From: Chromera velia
Lineage: Eukaryota
Reading direction: 5' to 3'
Assembly: GCA_018398765.1 (NCBI GenBank)
Contig: JAHBMJ010000212.1
Location: 62,001-126,000 of the forward strand
DNA length: 64,000 nucleotides
This document shows, one piece after another, positions 50,941 through 62,724 of the stretch (positions are counted from its first letter, which is position 1; each line of letters begins with the position of its first letter). The notes below the pieces were generated by a model. That model was given only the letters and a program-made list of their open reading frames with translations. It had not been told where the DNA came from and ran no database searches. The position numbers were made by a program, and so were the translations under genes.

Positions 50941-52495
50941 GATGAGGCTTTTGACCAAGATGCTTCAGTAGTCGGACCAAAAAGAGAGGAAGAGGAAGGG
51001 GGTGGCACTGATGTTGCCTGCCTGATCTGAAAGTATTCTCTCTGCATGGCAGGCCGAAAAAAAAGGATTCCTCGATAGAGAGAGAGAGAAGAAGGGAGAG
51101 GGCACAGAGGCCGATCGAGAGGGAAGAAAGAGGCGTGCAGTTTGTGCTTTTTTTCTTTTTTACGGAGGGAGGAATTCAGAAGCAATGGACAGCTGCGGGA
51201 TGATTTTCAGTTCTGCAGAAAGAAGAGCCTCAAATAGACAACTTGTGCATCACCAAAGCAAGAGAGAGAGTGACAGACGGACGGACAGACAGACAGACAG
51301 ACAGAGACAAAGAAGAAAGAAAGACTTAAAAAGGAAAGAAAGAGAACAAGAGAGAACAGAGCTTAGTGATCATGACGTTCAGCACAATAGCATCGCATGT
51401 GCACACATGGAGCGAAAACAGAGATGTGTATAATCTGCACAATGAAAGAAAACATGGACAGCCCACCGAAGGGACAAAAAATTGAAAAAGGAGGGTCTGC
51501 CCGTCCTTCCATTCCCGATGTATCTTCTTGGAAGGAAGGCTAACCCTCAAGAAAGGAGGGCTGCGTGAATTAGGACACGATTGGGTCCTTCGTTGGTTGA
51601 GGTCCGATGAGGAGATGATCGATCGGTCGATTGTTGCAAGGGCATCATATTTGGTTCAATGCATGTGTATGTGTGCATGTGCGCGAGATTGCATATGCGT
51701 GTGTGTCGGACCGGTGGGAGGGGAGCAGGGTGTCTTTTTCTTGACTCCAGCTTGTTGGCTTGGTAATTGGGGGGGGCGGGGGGGGCTAATGCTTCTTTCG
51801 GTTTGTTTTTCTCATTTTAAGTGAATATCTAGCTGTCTCTGTGCACCTAATGCAGCGGCAGAAATGGTCGAGGGCATGAATGGATTGGTGCCTGCGTGCG
51901 ACCATCATGGATGCATGAAGTGCGACCATCATGGATGCATGAATGTGTGTGTTTGGTCATGCGTGGTCGTTCTTGGTCGTTTTGTTCTTTGCTGTTTGAT
52001 TTGTCGGTCGGTGTGGCATTGGGGCCTTCGTTTGATTCAGTGATTGATCGAGAGCGTGCGTAAGTGTGTGGCCCGTTTGTGGTGATCGAAGCATGCAGAC
52101 CTGCAATGCACAGGAGTCTGCACGGCCCGGTTTCAGTTCTGCATGTGCAGGATTGGTGCATGCATGCATCAGAATAGTGTCATTTTGTATCCGTGTGCCT
52201 GCAATAGCTCTCCATCTAGCTCTGCACTAGCCATGGGCCATGTATGATGTCTGGTTTATTCGTGGAAGGTAATGCATGATCGATAAGATCGATCGATGTA
52301 TAATCTTTGACAAACAATTAATAATGAATCATTGATGATGATGATGTGATGTCATGATGATGATTGAGGGTTAAATCTTAGACCCAGTAACGCCAGATCC
52401 TAAGCCATTATAATAGTTATAATAATGAATATCAAACACTAGAAAAAATGTGATAGCTATATTTAAAAGTTCAACTCGAATTTAACTTTATTTAA

Positions 52496-52760
52496 CTAGG
52501 TGTGATCTGTAAAGTTTTAAAGTGAAATAAAGTTTAAAGTCTGGTTTGAGTCTGGGGACTCTAAAAAATGATTTTGATTGATTTATTTTAAATTTTTTTT
52601 GACATACATTCATGAATGTTTCAAAAGGCTAAACAATCCTAAACAACGCATCAGTATGTTCAAGCTTTTTATTCTTAAAGTTTTAAAATCCAAGAAGTTT
52701 TAAAGCCTAAAGTCTGTGGTTAGGCTTTATTATAAAAATAACTTTACAGATCATACCTAG
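52496..52760. mobile_element. MITE (265 bp) with CTAGG termini and an 8-bp TSD
   Basis: ctaggtgtgatctgtaaagtt ... aactttacagatcatacctag. TSD ttatttaa at 52488-52495 and 52761-52768. Confidence 0.85.
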
Positions 52761-53689
52761 TTATTTAACTTATTTAAGTCTTCACATTAATTATAGCTTC
52801 CGACTACTTCCGACCAATAATTGATGATTGAGGGTTTTCTATTACTTAACAAGACTTTAGCGGTCTGACTAGCGGTCCTAGCTAGCGGTTTGACCCCAAC
52901 AATTCCCGATCATGGACCCGATGACCGTATTGACCTCCATAGACTGGTATATGATATTATTATGTGTTGCGCCCCCTAGCTTCTACTTTATACTAGGCTC
53001 TATATAGCCTCTCCCTTTAGTCTTTTATTGTTAGGTTCTAGGTTAAGTTAAGCCTAGGGTTAAGCCATGGCGCTCTAGGGGCGCTCCGCGGCCCCCGCTA
53101 CTACAGCTGCTCCGCGATTCCGCAACTCTCACTCTTCTCATGGTCATATGTTCTTATGCACCTTTGATTGCATTCGTGATGATAATATTATAATGACTAC
53201 TATTGACTAGGATAATTATGATGAAACTAGTGACTAGTCCTAGAAATGGTGATGAAACCAGTGATGAAAAGTCAGCAACAGATCTGTTTAAAAGCAAACA
53301 AAACTGCAGGCTTAGTGTAGGGTCTGTATTAAAGGTATGAAAAAATGAGAAAATGATCGATTCAACTTTTTTAAACTTCGGAACAATGTCCCACAAAAGC
53401 AATTCCAAGGCAGTTGCACATCTGTGCAATACTCTAGGCAATACTCAAGCAGCCTAGCATGCAGCTACACTTTTTTGATAAAGTAAAAGGACTAGAGACC
53501 TAAGGGAAAATGAATATGCACACTGCCCGCTAGAGGTAGGTCATCCTGTCAGAGCTCTTGATGGAAAGTCTATGTTCAAAGGGACAGGTCGCTAGATCAA
53601 CTCACGAATCAATTTGGCAAGATCTGATCTCAACACGGCCTGGCATACACTCCGAAAATGGCATGCACGCGAATGCGTGCGGGAAGTGC

Positions 53690-53995
53690 CGATCGCAAAA
53701 TGGGTGGCCCGCGAAGCCCTAAAAAATGTATGGGCGGCCCGCGAACCCCTGGGCCCGAACCGAGTAAATTAAAAATGGGCGGCCCGCGATCGAAGCCCCC
53801 GCGCGAGCCGAGTAAATTTAAAAATGGGCGGCCCGCGCGAAGCCCCTGAGCCGAGTATATCGATAAAAAATGGGCGCGAACCGTGAGTAAAAAATTACGA
53901 CTTAAGAACCGCGAGTAAAAAATGAGCGGCCCGCGAAGCCCCCGATCGATCGAATTAACCGCTGCATGAGTAAAAAATGGGCGGCCCGCAAAGTC
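53690..53995. repeat. Array of ~7 short GC-rich motifs aaaatgggcggcccgcg with gagtaaa spacers
   Basis: Copies near 53697, 53728, 53771, 53821, 53866, 53919 and 53972. Confidence 0.8.
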
Positions 53996-54497
53996 CATAC
54001 TACCCATGCACGCATCGCCGCTCTCCTGCTCGCGAAATTCTCGTTCCAGGCATACGGAGGCTGGTCCGTTCAATCGCTCGTGATGCTACGCTGGCACCTC
54101 CCCTGTTTTTCCCGCGATCCCCGGCTTGGGGGCCGTGCGTAGGAAAGCGTACATCGATCAGAGCACCCGTCCAGGGTCAGTATTGAACATCCGACCATGC
54201 CGCGTGGTAGGCTTTGCTCCGCTTGAGCCTAATGGGAACAGAGACCTTTCGCTTTGCACCAATCGACCGAGCGACGTGCAGTGCTCTCGTAAGAGCCTTT
54301 CCCTTTCTCCAGCCACTTGTTGTTTGCGGCTCTTGGCTCCTGACTGTCTGGTCCTGATGCCCCAACGAAGCGTGTCCAATCGTCTCTGAATCAAGGTCAG
54401 TCAATCGCTTGTCGTGTCCAGACTGAATAGCCAGGCTGCCACCAGCTGTACACAGCTGAGTCATGCTACCGACGTCACGGCGACGTGAGCCACAACG

Positions 54498-56975
54498 TCA
54501 GTCTCCACACTCGTCGAAAGCCACGTATAGTAGCTTGCGGATGATGTTCATGTGCTTTTCGCGTTCTTCTTTTGTTTTCCTTGGATGAAGCTTCATGATC
54601 ACACACATCCGTAGCTGGTGGTCGAGCTCCGCCTTTTCATTTTCCTGTTTTCTCCACTTTTCCCACGTTTTGGTGTTCTCAGGCTTATCGATATGGTCCC
54701 CGGGAGGGGAGTCGGGCGATATTTGGTCGTGCGAGTCCATGAACGTCCTGGTCCCTCCATTCCCTTCGATCACGCTTCTCTTCAGTAAGTTTGCAAACTT
54801 GGTGGGATGAGAAACGGTATACAGGTTTTGAAGAAGCTGTTGGATCTCTGCATTCTTTTTGAGAAAAGGGAAGAGGTCGCGTAAACTGGTTGTGTGCACC
54901 AAGGCGTCCGAGTCGACTTTGAGCGGGTGCAGTAAGAAACTGAGTGTCTCCTCTATCCTTCCGCGCAATTCTTGGTAGAATTCTTCACCGATAACAGTTA
55001 GACGGTTGTCCTGGATCCACACTTTTGTCCCTCCAGCAGTACATCGTGTGATCTGCCAGAATTCCCAGGGATCAATGTGTGTGTCTCTGTTGTTGATGGA
55101 TTTCCACGTGTGGGATTGCATCGAGGTGGGAATGTACACAATGTTCGAGTGTCCGTGCGCATTAGAAAAAATACTTCCATTCAGGGTCAAGAGGTCTGTG
55201 AGCGGAAGAAGTGCTAAAGGCAGCCCGTTATCTTGGTCCAAAGCATCCAGTAAGTGGTCTACTTCGAAGTAAACTGGCTCGGCGGCAGTGTAGCTCGGCA
55301 TTTTGCTCCGCAGCGCGTTTATGACTGCCTCTTTCTCTGTCAGGTCAAGTTTGGAGATAGAAGTATGCCAGTCTGGCTGCTCATCTTCAGATGCCCGATG
55401 CAGCAGACGATATACGCCTCCCATGTTGGTGAGGTAGGATAACTTCCGCTGCAGCAATGAGTCGCTTCCTTGCGACATGTACTCATACAGCATCTCTTCT
55501 TTGGTCTGCTGCAGCTGCTCGATGGGAGACGGCGTCACTGTGGCGTTGTCCGTGATAACCGGTAAGCCGAGCTCCTCTGTCCAGGTCCCGATTGGGCCTC
55601 TCGCACTCTTGCGGGGCCGCGTTGGAATGAATTCGATTTTTTTTTCGCGGTCGGCTGGCGGCACGGCCAAAACTGGGTCAGACTTCCAGCTGCTCTCCGC
55701 TTTTGTTTCAGTTTCTTCTTGGAATGCCGATAACACTGGGCTTCTTAGTGTCGTGTCTCCTGTTTGTTCGGTAAGGGAAGACTGTCCGAGATGAAGTACC
55801 GCCGTCGGATCATCTAGACCTCTGCTTGCAGTGTCGTTGCTAAGAAAGGGCAATTCATTCAGGCCCTCAACCACTTCGGCTGCTGCTGTTATGTCTTTTT
55901 CGCAAACCTCATGGCCTTCTCGACTCAGGATTGAAGCTCCTTCAGTCTGAAGGACAAGCGGGTTCGCTTCAAAAGAACCTTCTGCTTTTTCCATCGTATC
56001 GTGCTGATATCTTTCGGATCCCTTCTCTGTTTTTCCTTCAGGTAGCACTTCAGGCTGCTCCGTTGCCGCCAGCGCTAAGGAAGGCCCACATCTTGGAAGA
56101 CTCGCGTTGTCGTCGGCCGGCATGTCGTGATCGTCTTCCCTGCTGGACGGCAACAGGTCTGGCATCGCTTCGTTCTCCTCTCTTTCTATGCTGAAAGAAA
56201 TTCCTCGCAAAACGATGCCCTCCTCAGCGGCTTCGGACGACGTCTGCAGAAAGGCATTCGAGTCGTCGTCGGTGTCCGTCTGAATTTCTGCGTCTTTTGT
56301 GCATGGTTTTTCGGTTTGTGTTCCTGCCTCCATGGTAAGAGAGACAGTTGGTGGCAGAATAAGCTTTAGGAGGTCGTTGGTGTCCGTCCCTCTATCAGCT
56401 GTTGTGGGTCTCCTATCCCCACCTTGAGGCGACGTCGTCGTCTGGGAGCTTTCTGTCTTCTTCTCTCTATGAACTGCATTACTAAAGGTGACTACCGAAG
56501 TAGCCTCAGTGTCCTCCTCTGCTGGCACTGCAGGAGCACTGTACGGTGACCGTGACGGCGCTTTACGTGGAAGAGGCTCCAAGGGGCGTCTGTCGTTCCT
56601 GGAGAAAACGACCGTAACTGTCTCGCCCGTTGACTCGGGAGGACAAACCCTGGGCTCCAGAGGAGCTGGAGCTTGTTCAGTCCGCTGCTGTTCCTGCAGA
56701 AATTGCGAAAACATATCCTGCACTCGCTGCAGAACCTCGTCTTTGAGGTCAGTCATCTGCTTTTGCGTGTGGACCATGTTATTTTGGTTTTCAAGCAGCT
56801 GGATCAGTCTCTGGTTTTTCTCGCAAAGCTCTTTCTCGAGGTCTTCATGCCTCTGCGGACACGCTCGAAGGTGTTGGTTGAGATACCTGGAGTCTTTGCA
56901 CTGTTTGCTACAGTGTTGGCATACGCTGGACTAGGCCAACGGAGTTGTTGCAATCGCCACTGCTGCTGCACTCAT
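54498..56975 (-). CDS. Intronless ~760-825 aa protein with N-terminal Zn finger and coiled coil; upstream TAG suggests a pseudogene or mobile/viral-derived gene
   Basis: The 759-aa ORF extends in frame upstream through CQHCSKQCKDSRYLNQHLRAC to a TAG at 56931-56933 and an ATG at 56975. Confidence 0.6.
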
Positions 56976-58766
56976 CGTTTTGTTCCTTGTTTTGTTGCTC
57001 TGTCATGTCTTTAGATCAGAAATGCACGTGCAAGGCCTCAGCTCGTCAGAAGACCCCTGCGAGAACTTTTCCAAACCCAACCAACCTGTCGTTCTGACCC
57101 GCTCCCCCTGCCGCACAGATCTTCCGAAGACCCCTGCCAGACCCGCCCCCCCTGCCGCCGCCTGCCGCACGGCTTTCGAAGACCCACGGCAAAATTTGTT
57201 AACGTCTGCCCAGAACGTCCATGCAGAGTCATTGCAGACCGAGTACGTTTCTTGGTGCTTGCATTTTCCCGGTCGACCCCTTTCTCGGCGTTCTCCCTCT
57301 CGCAGATGGCGTGGCACAGATAGAAGACGGCGGCTACTGGAGGACGGGAGTGCAACGTTGTGAAGGCCCGACGTCCTCAGGGGCCAAGATGCATGGGCCG
57401 TTGGAGCACTTGGGAGCCCACAGCCTCCCGGTGCGGAGGTGCTTGCATACATGGGTTGGTACTCCTGCTTCTTCTGCAATGTGGGCCTGAAGGTGCTTTC
57501 GGCTGAGGAACCTCGCTTGGATGGCAGTCAGAACCGAGGGACATTGGTTGCGGCGCTACACACGCTGCTGCATGTGTGGACGGGAGAGACTTTGATGCTG
57601 TCTCTATGCAGCATCTGGGCGCATGAAGGTCACTAGCTTCGAGCGGTGCACGAATAGGCCTCCGCTGGCTCTCTTCGTTCTTGACAGAATTGGGCGGCAA
57701 GAGTCGATCATCCGGGAATTTAGAGTATTTCGACGTCTGTCTGGAATGGTATGGGTCGTTTTGCTGGCTTCTGCGAGGCAATCAAGCTCACAGCAATTTT
57801 TGCTCCTGTATGTGTCGGTCGTCTTGGTGCACCTGCGGGGAACACAGTCGGAGTCCACGGAGCGCATAAGAGCGCAGGTCTCCCGGCCGCCAACAGGAAG
57901 ACGGTACGTCGGCTGGTCCTTCAGTTCGCTTTTGCAGCCTGGCCGAACAAACGGTCGAAAGAAGACGTGGAGTACATCCAACCTCTTTAGCTTTCGCATG
58001 TATGATAATAGAGAAGGAACAAAAATCTGGAAGGAGTTCTTCAGCTTGTTCAGTCTGGTTCTCTCGTGTCAGGTCCCGCTCTTGTGCGCTTTTTCTGCTC
58101 TTGGCTCGTTTGTGTCTTGCTCTTCTCCAGCGTCTGTATTCGCTCTTTCTGGCCCGTCATGGTGCTCATGCGTTTGACAATCACTTCGATTCCGCCCTTT
58201 TCTCCGGTACAGTAACTTGTGGAGGTCCCCTGCAAGATGCTTACAGCCAAACGCATTTCCGGTGTGCCAGGGGGTGCTCGAGAGGAGTTGAGCTTGCAGG
58301 TCATGCACAGGGTACGTCGCCCAATGGGAGACCTTTGCGTCTTCTGCACCCCCATTTCTGACACACGCCACGTGGCATGACTTACCGGAGCAGGCGCTTT
58401 TGTCCGTTAATCATCTTCTTCCATAAATTCATGAAGCTCTTCCCAAATGTTCTTCTGCATTTCAGGTAAAGGAGCGATGGCCGCCGGTAAGCTGGGCCGA
58501 CGTTGTCGGACAGAGATCCACTGCGGAGAAGGCCGTGCGGCTGCAAGGCCTTTTCCCTGTCTAGCCAATGGAGACCGCCTTTGCAGTGTTCGTACATGCC
58601 CTCCTGTGATCATTGGTGCCGTGACGTTAGGAGAGCGGTGGCTTGGATCATGCGCATTAGACCCTATTAGACGTTTTGGAGAGCGTGAGGCCGCTGCCAT
58701 GCTTTCATCGGGACTGTTTGAAGCGACCAAAGATGTCAAGGCCGGATGTAGCTCAGCCAGCTCTAC

Positions 58767-59700
58767 TTAGAGATGTGATGGAATTGACATCTGGAAGAAT
58801 GTTGCGAGTTCAGAGCTAGGCGTCCAGTCAGCTAGCGACTCAGGTTCGTAGCTAGGTTTTTCTGGACGTCCTGGTCTCGATGGGATAGATTCTGCTTCTG
58901 CCCGAGGCTCTACCTTAACTGTCGACGAGCTTGGCCGTGAGCTTTCTTCTTCTTCCCATTGATCAAAGTCTAGGAGCCGCAGCTGTTCATCAAGCAGCTG
59001 AACATCTTTTCGGACCTTGTGGTGGTATTCGACGAGCAGTCGGTCGCCTGTCCCTTGAAAGTCAGCCGCAAGGATCCATTGAGGGTTTTCGTTACCTACT
59101 GGATAGTTCTTCCACAGGACTTTGTACCTATTACGCCTTTCGTCAAAATCTAGGATCTTTTCAACCTCCCACTCCAAGTCTGCTTCTAGGTCCGTTTCTG
59201 TGCTAGCTTCAAACTACTGTGAGTTGAGCTGAGGCTCTAGGTTGACCGATACTCCCTTGGCTCTTAAGTATTGGCGGAGCAGATCGGCCTCCCCCAAAAC
59301 CGGTGCTTGGTAGTCAAAGCCGGCCATCCACCGAATTTCCTGAACGTTCATCATTTTAACCTGTTCGTTCGCCCGGTTCTGCTGTAGTTCACGGGTTGCT
59401 TGATTGGTTTCTTTTTTATGTGGCCGGAGACTCACAGAGGATGGGATTCTATGTTCCTCTTGGAACTATGATGACGATTCGGGTGGAAAGGCCACTTCTA
59501 GCCTGGAGTCTAAAATATAATGTGATAAGAAATGCATGTCAGACCACAACAAGTATGAGTCCAAACGATAAACTCCTTTTACGATATGGTCCCGAAAGGA
59601 TCGGAACGTTGCCAATACATGCGCGCGGGGAACATTGATAATCCACTCTTGTCGGGATTCAAAAAGCCGGACCAGGCTTTTGAGCTTATAGTCGCTGAAT
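58767..59700 (-). pseudogene. Degenerate ORF ending in a chromodomain
   Basis: EWEVEKILDFDERRNRYKVLWKNYPVGNENPQWI matches the chromodomain pattern. The same frame continues upstream (59214-59435 and beyond), interrupted by stops. Confidence 0.7.
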
Positions 59701-59783
59701 AAATCGAGAAGCAGCCGTTCTAACTGGTCAAGCCGCGTTTGCGTGACCCCAGGTGGAAACAGTAGGATACAAATGATGTTGAA

Positions 59784-61610
59784 ACTACACTGGGACTTTA
59801 AGAGTTACCTGGATAGCGCAGTAACTTTAGGGTCCATGACGCCTTAAAGTTACCGTAAAGTTACCGTACTTAAGTAACTTTCACAGATGCCCTAAAGTTA
59901 CTAAACTACAGCTAGTAGGAAAGCTATGCTATCATAATGAAACTATAGTGTTTACACAGTAGCACTGTAGCACCGTGTTTTTTAAACTAGAGTGATACTG
60001 TTTTAAAATGTTTTCTCTGCTTCAAACATGCACTAAAATATATACTTAGACTTTAAGAGTTACCCGGATTATTATATAGTGCTAGGAAAAGGTTCAAGGT
60101 TCAAAGTTCAAGGTTCACTTCGAAGTAATGAACCTGAATCAGGTTCAAAAACAGGTTCACTTTTAATTAATAGAAACCTCATTTTTTCATGTTATTTTAT
60201 GCCTTTAAATTAGGCTTTAATGCATTTTTAGAACGTTTTATTATAGAATCTATGCCTTAGTAGTGTTTTTTAATTGTTTAAATCAATATTTATGCTCACA
60301 TTAGGTGCTAGTCTCAAGTTATTCACTGTTTATAGTCGAAAATTAGTAATCAGAAAAGCCTGAAAAAATTGGAAAATGCTATAATTAAATTTATATGATC
60401 GTATCAATCATGACAATTTAGTCAACATAAGACTGTCACAGCGTTTCTTTCTTTCTTTCATCTGCTCACCGGTTGCCCCGCGGCCCCTGCTCCCCCCCTC
60501 CTTCTCGGTGCACCGCCGCCTCTTTGACCTGCTGCTCCCGGCCCGGCCTGTTGCCCCCCCCCCTTGCTCCCCCCCATGGCCCCCGGGCCGGATAGTGCAG
60601 TAACTTTAGAGTCCATGACCCCCTAAAGTTACCGTACTTCAGTAACTTTCACAGATGCCCTAAATTTACTAAACTACAGTAGAAAAGGCCCCCCAAAAGG
60701 CTATGCTATCATAATGAAACTAGTGTTTACACCGTTTTTTAAACTAGAGTGATACTGTTTTAAAATGTTTTCTCTGCTTCAGACATACGGCAAAATGATT
60801 TAAAGCTGCTATCAGTTAATTCAAGATTTACTTGAAACATTTTCAACACTTTACTATAGGCTACTAATACCATCACTTCAGAGTCTTTTTTGAGGCTATC
60901 ATCCGCTATCATCCATGATTCAGTGCCAGACTCATCGACGAATCAACGTGTTTAAACAGTGCTTCTTTGAAGCTTTGAATACAAATTCACTGGGTCTTGA
61001 CTGCACCATCACTGCACAAAAATTCAGTCCAAAATTAAGACCCACAGTCACCAACTGTGACGTTTATCTGTCATAGACATGATCTCTATTTTGAATCATT
61101 ACATCAATAAGAGAGTGCCTTATAGTGTTTTGTACGCTGTTTTATGGTCACTATAAGCTTAAACTCGGTACACAGTTTCACCTGCAGAGAAAGAGAAGGG
61201 GAGACAGGAAGTATAACGGTTCTTAACCACGCAGGGAAGCGCAGTAACGGCCCTAAAAAGTCTTTGAACAAGGCCTAGAAAAGAGTAAAATTATGGTAAC
61301 TTAACCTCTCTAACAGGTTAAAAAAAGCCATTGGCAACCGGTAAAAAGTTACGTAATTCTAGTAACGCGACTTTTTCGTAAAAGTCCTTTAGTAACTCTT
61401 AAGGTCCAAGTGTAGTAAAATGATTTAAAGCTGCTATCAGTTCAAAATTTAGTTAGAGATTTAGTTGAAACATTTTCAACACTTTACGAGGCTAGTAGCT
61501 ACTAATACCGTCACTTTACGGAGGCCGCCCGGGAGGCGAAGACAGAGGTGATATAGAAGTTTTTGTTCGTCTGTCATGATCTCTGTTTTGAATCACTACA
61601 TCAATGATGA
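59784..61610. mobile_element. Nested TIR elements (outer copy from 59784; inner copy 60040-61415; third insert 60070-60587)
   Basis: TIR actacactgggactttaagagttac at 59784 and a variant at 60040; inverted copy at 61392-61416. Direct duplications 59810-60030/60590-60790 and 60792-60870/61417-61515. Apparent TSDs taaaat and ccggat. Confidence 0.75.
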
Positions 61611-61944
61611 TGAGGTGACTTAACCCCACAGATAGCATATGTGGTACTGGTCGAGTCTACGGTCTGGGTTTTTTAATGTGCTACCCATTTTTACCAGCGA
61701 AGGAGACGCTAGGAATGGGTTCTCTAAAGCATAGAGAATCGGGCGGTTAACGTTAATGAGACATCACCACCACCAGCAGGCATATTTTTTTCCCTTTATC
61801 TTACAGGGTGGGGTGCAGAGGCAATAGGCCATGCCGCGCGATTGCGCATGAATGTGTGTTCTGGGTTGTCCTCAAAGCCTTGTTAGTGGCTTAGGATCTG
61901 GCATCGCTAGATCTAGGATTTAACCCTCAATCATCATCATCATT

Positions 61945-62590
61945 ATCAAATTATGGAGATGCTCGGCAACTTGCCGATCAAAGCGTAAGAGGTCGGCGTT
62001 TTTGTTCCGCAGGAGAGACTCGATGGTGCCCCCAATTTCAAAAATCTGGTACGCATCCTGCGCCAGTTTTTCAAGGCCGCAAAGTCCCGCTAGCACTGAA
62101 GGAGGTGCTAGTGGGGCAACGGTATCAAAGTCTAAGTTTTCCATAAGCTGCGCTAGGACTGCAGTTTGCACACGGACCTCCAGGCGGGACTCGGTGATAC
62201 GCTCAAGAAGCCCTTCATATCGAAGAGGAACGATGGACGGGAAGAGATGGAAATGGACTACACTTGGAGCTTGGACAGCCCACAACCACTATCCACCTAT
62301 ATGGGCTAAGCTCTGCAGACATTGTAAAATGCCCGTAGCTTGGAGGCCACGCTCTAGTGCCGTACTAGGAAAAAGCTCTACTAAGTCTACCGAGGCATCA
62401 TCTAGTAAGCTTTCGTCTAGTGCATCCAGTAGGCTTGCTGAAGCCTCAATCAATTGCATACTGGCCATAACAAGCGGGACAAGGTAAAAGGGGATAACTA
62501 GACTGCTGGTGGGGCAGTGAGGGCCTAGGAAGTCGGCAATAAGCGCTCGGACGGGGGGAGGGAAGAATCTCGGAATAAAGCGGCACATCT
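61945..62590 (-). pseudogene. Degenerate ORF of unknown family
   Basis: ORFs 62588-62289 and 62285-61920 share one frame, separated by a single TAG. No recognised domain. Confidence 0.35.
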
Positions 62591-62724
62591 ATAACAAAAA
62601 AAAAATGTCTGGTGATCGTTCTTTCTATAGTGCTCTTTCACAATCATTTCTTACTCAGACGGGATCGTGAAAGAGTAAATTATGTGCGTTGAAGTGCCTT
62701 TGTAAGGTCAAAAAAAGCCAGCGC

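Noticed and set aside
53690..53995. Motif array as CRISPR or an RNA gene cluster
   Set aside because: Spacing is irregular, the spacers are related to each other, and no tRNA/rRNA structure is recognisable.
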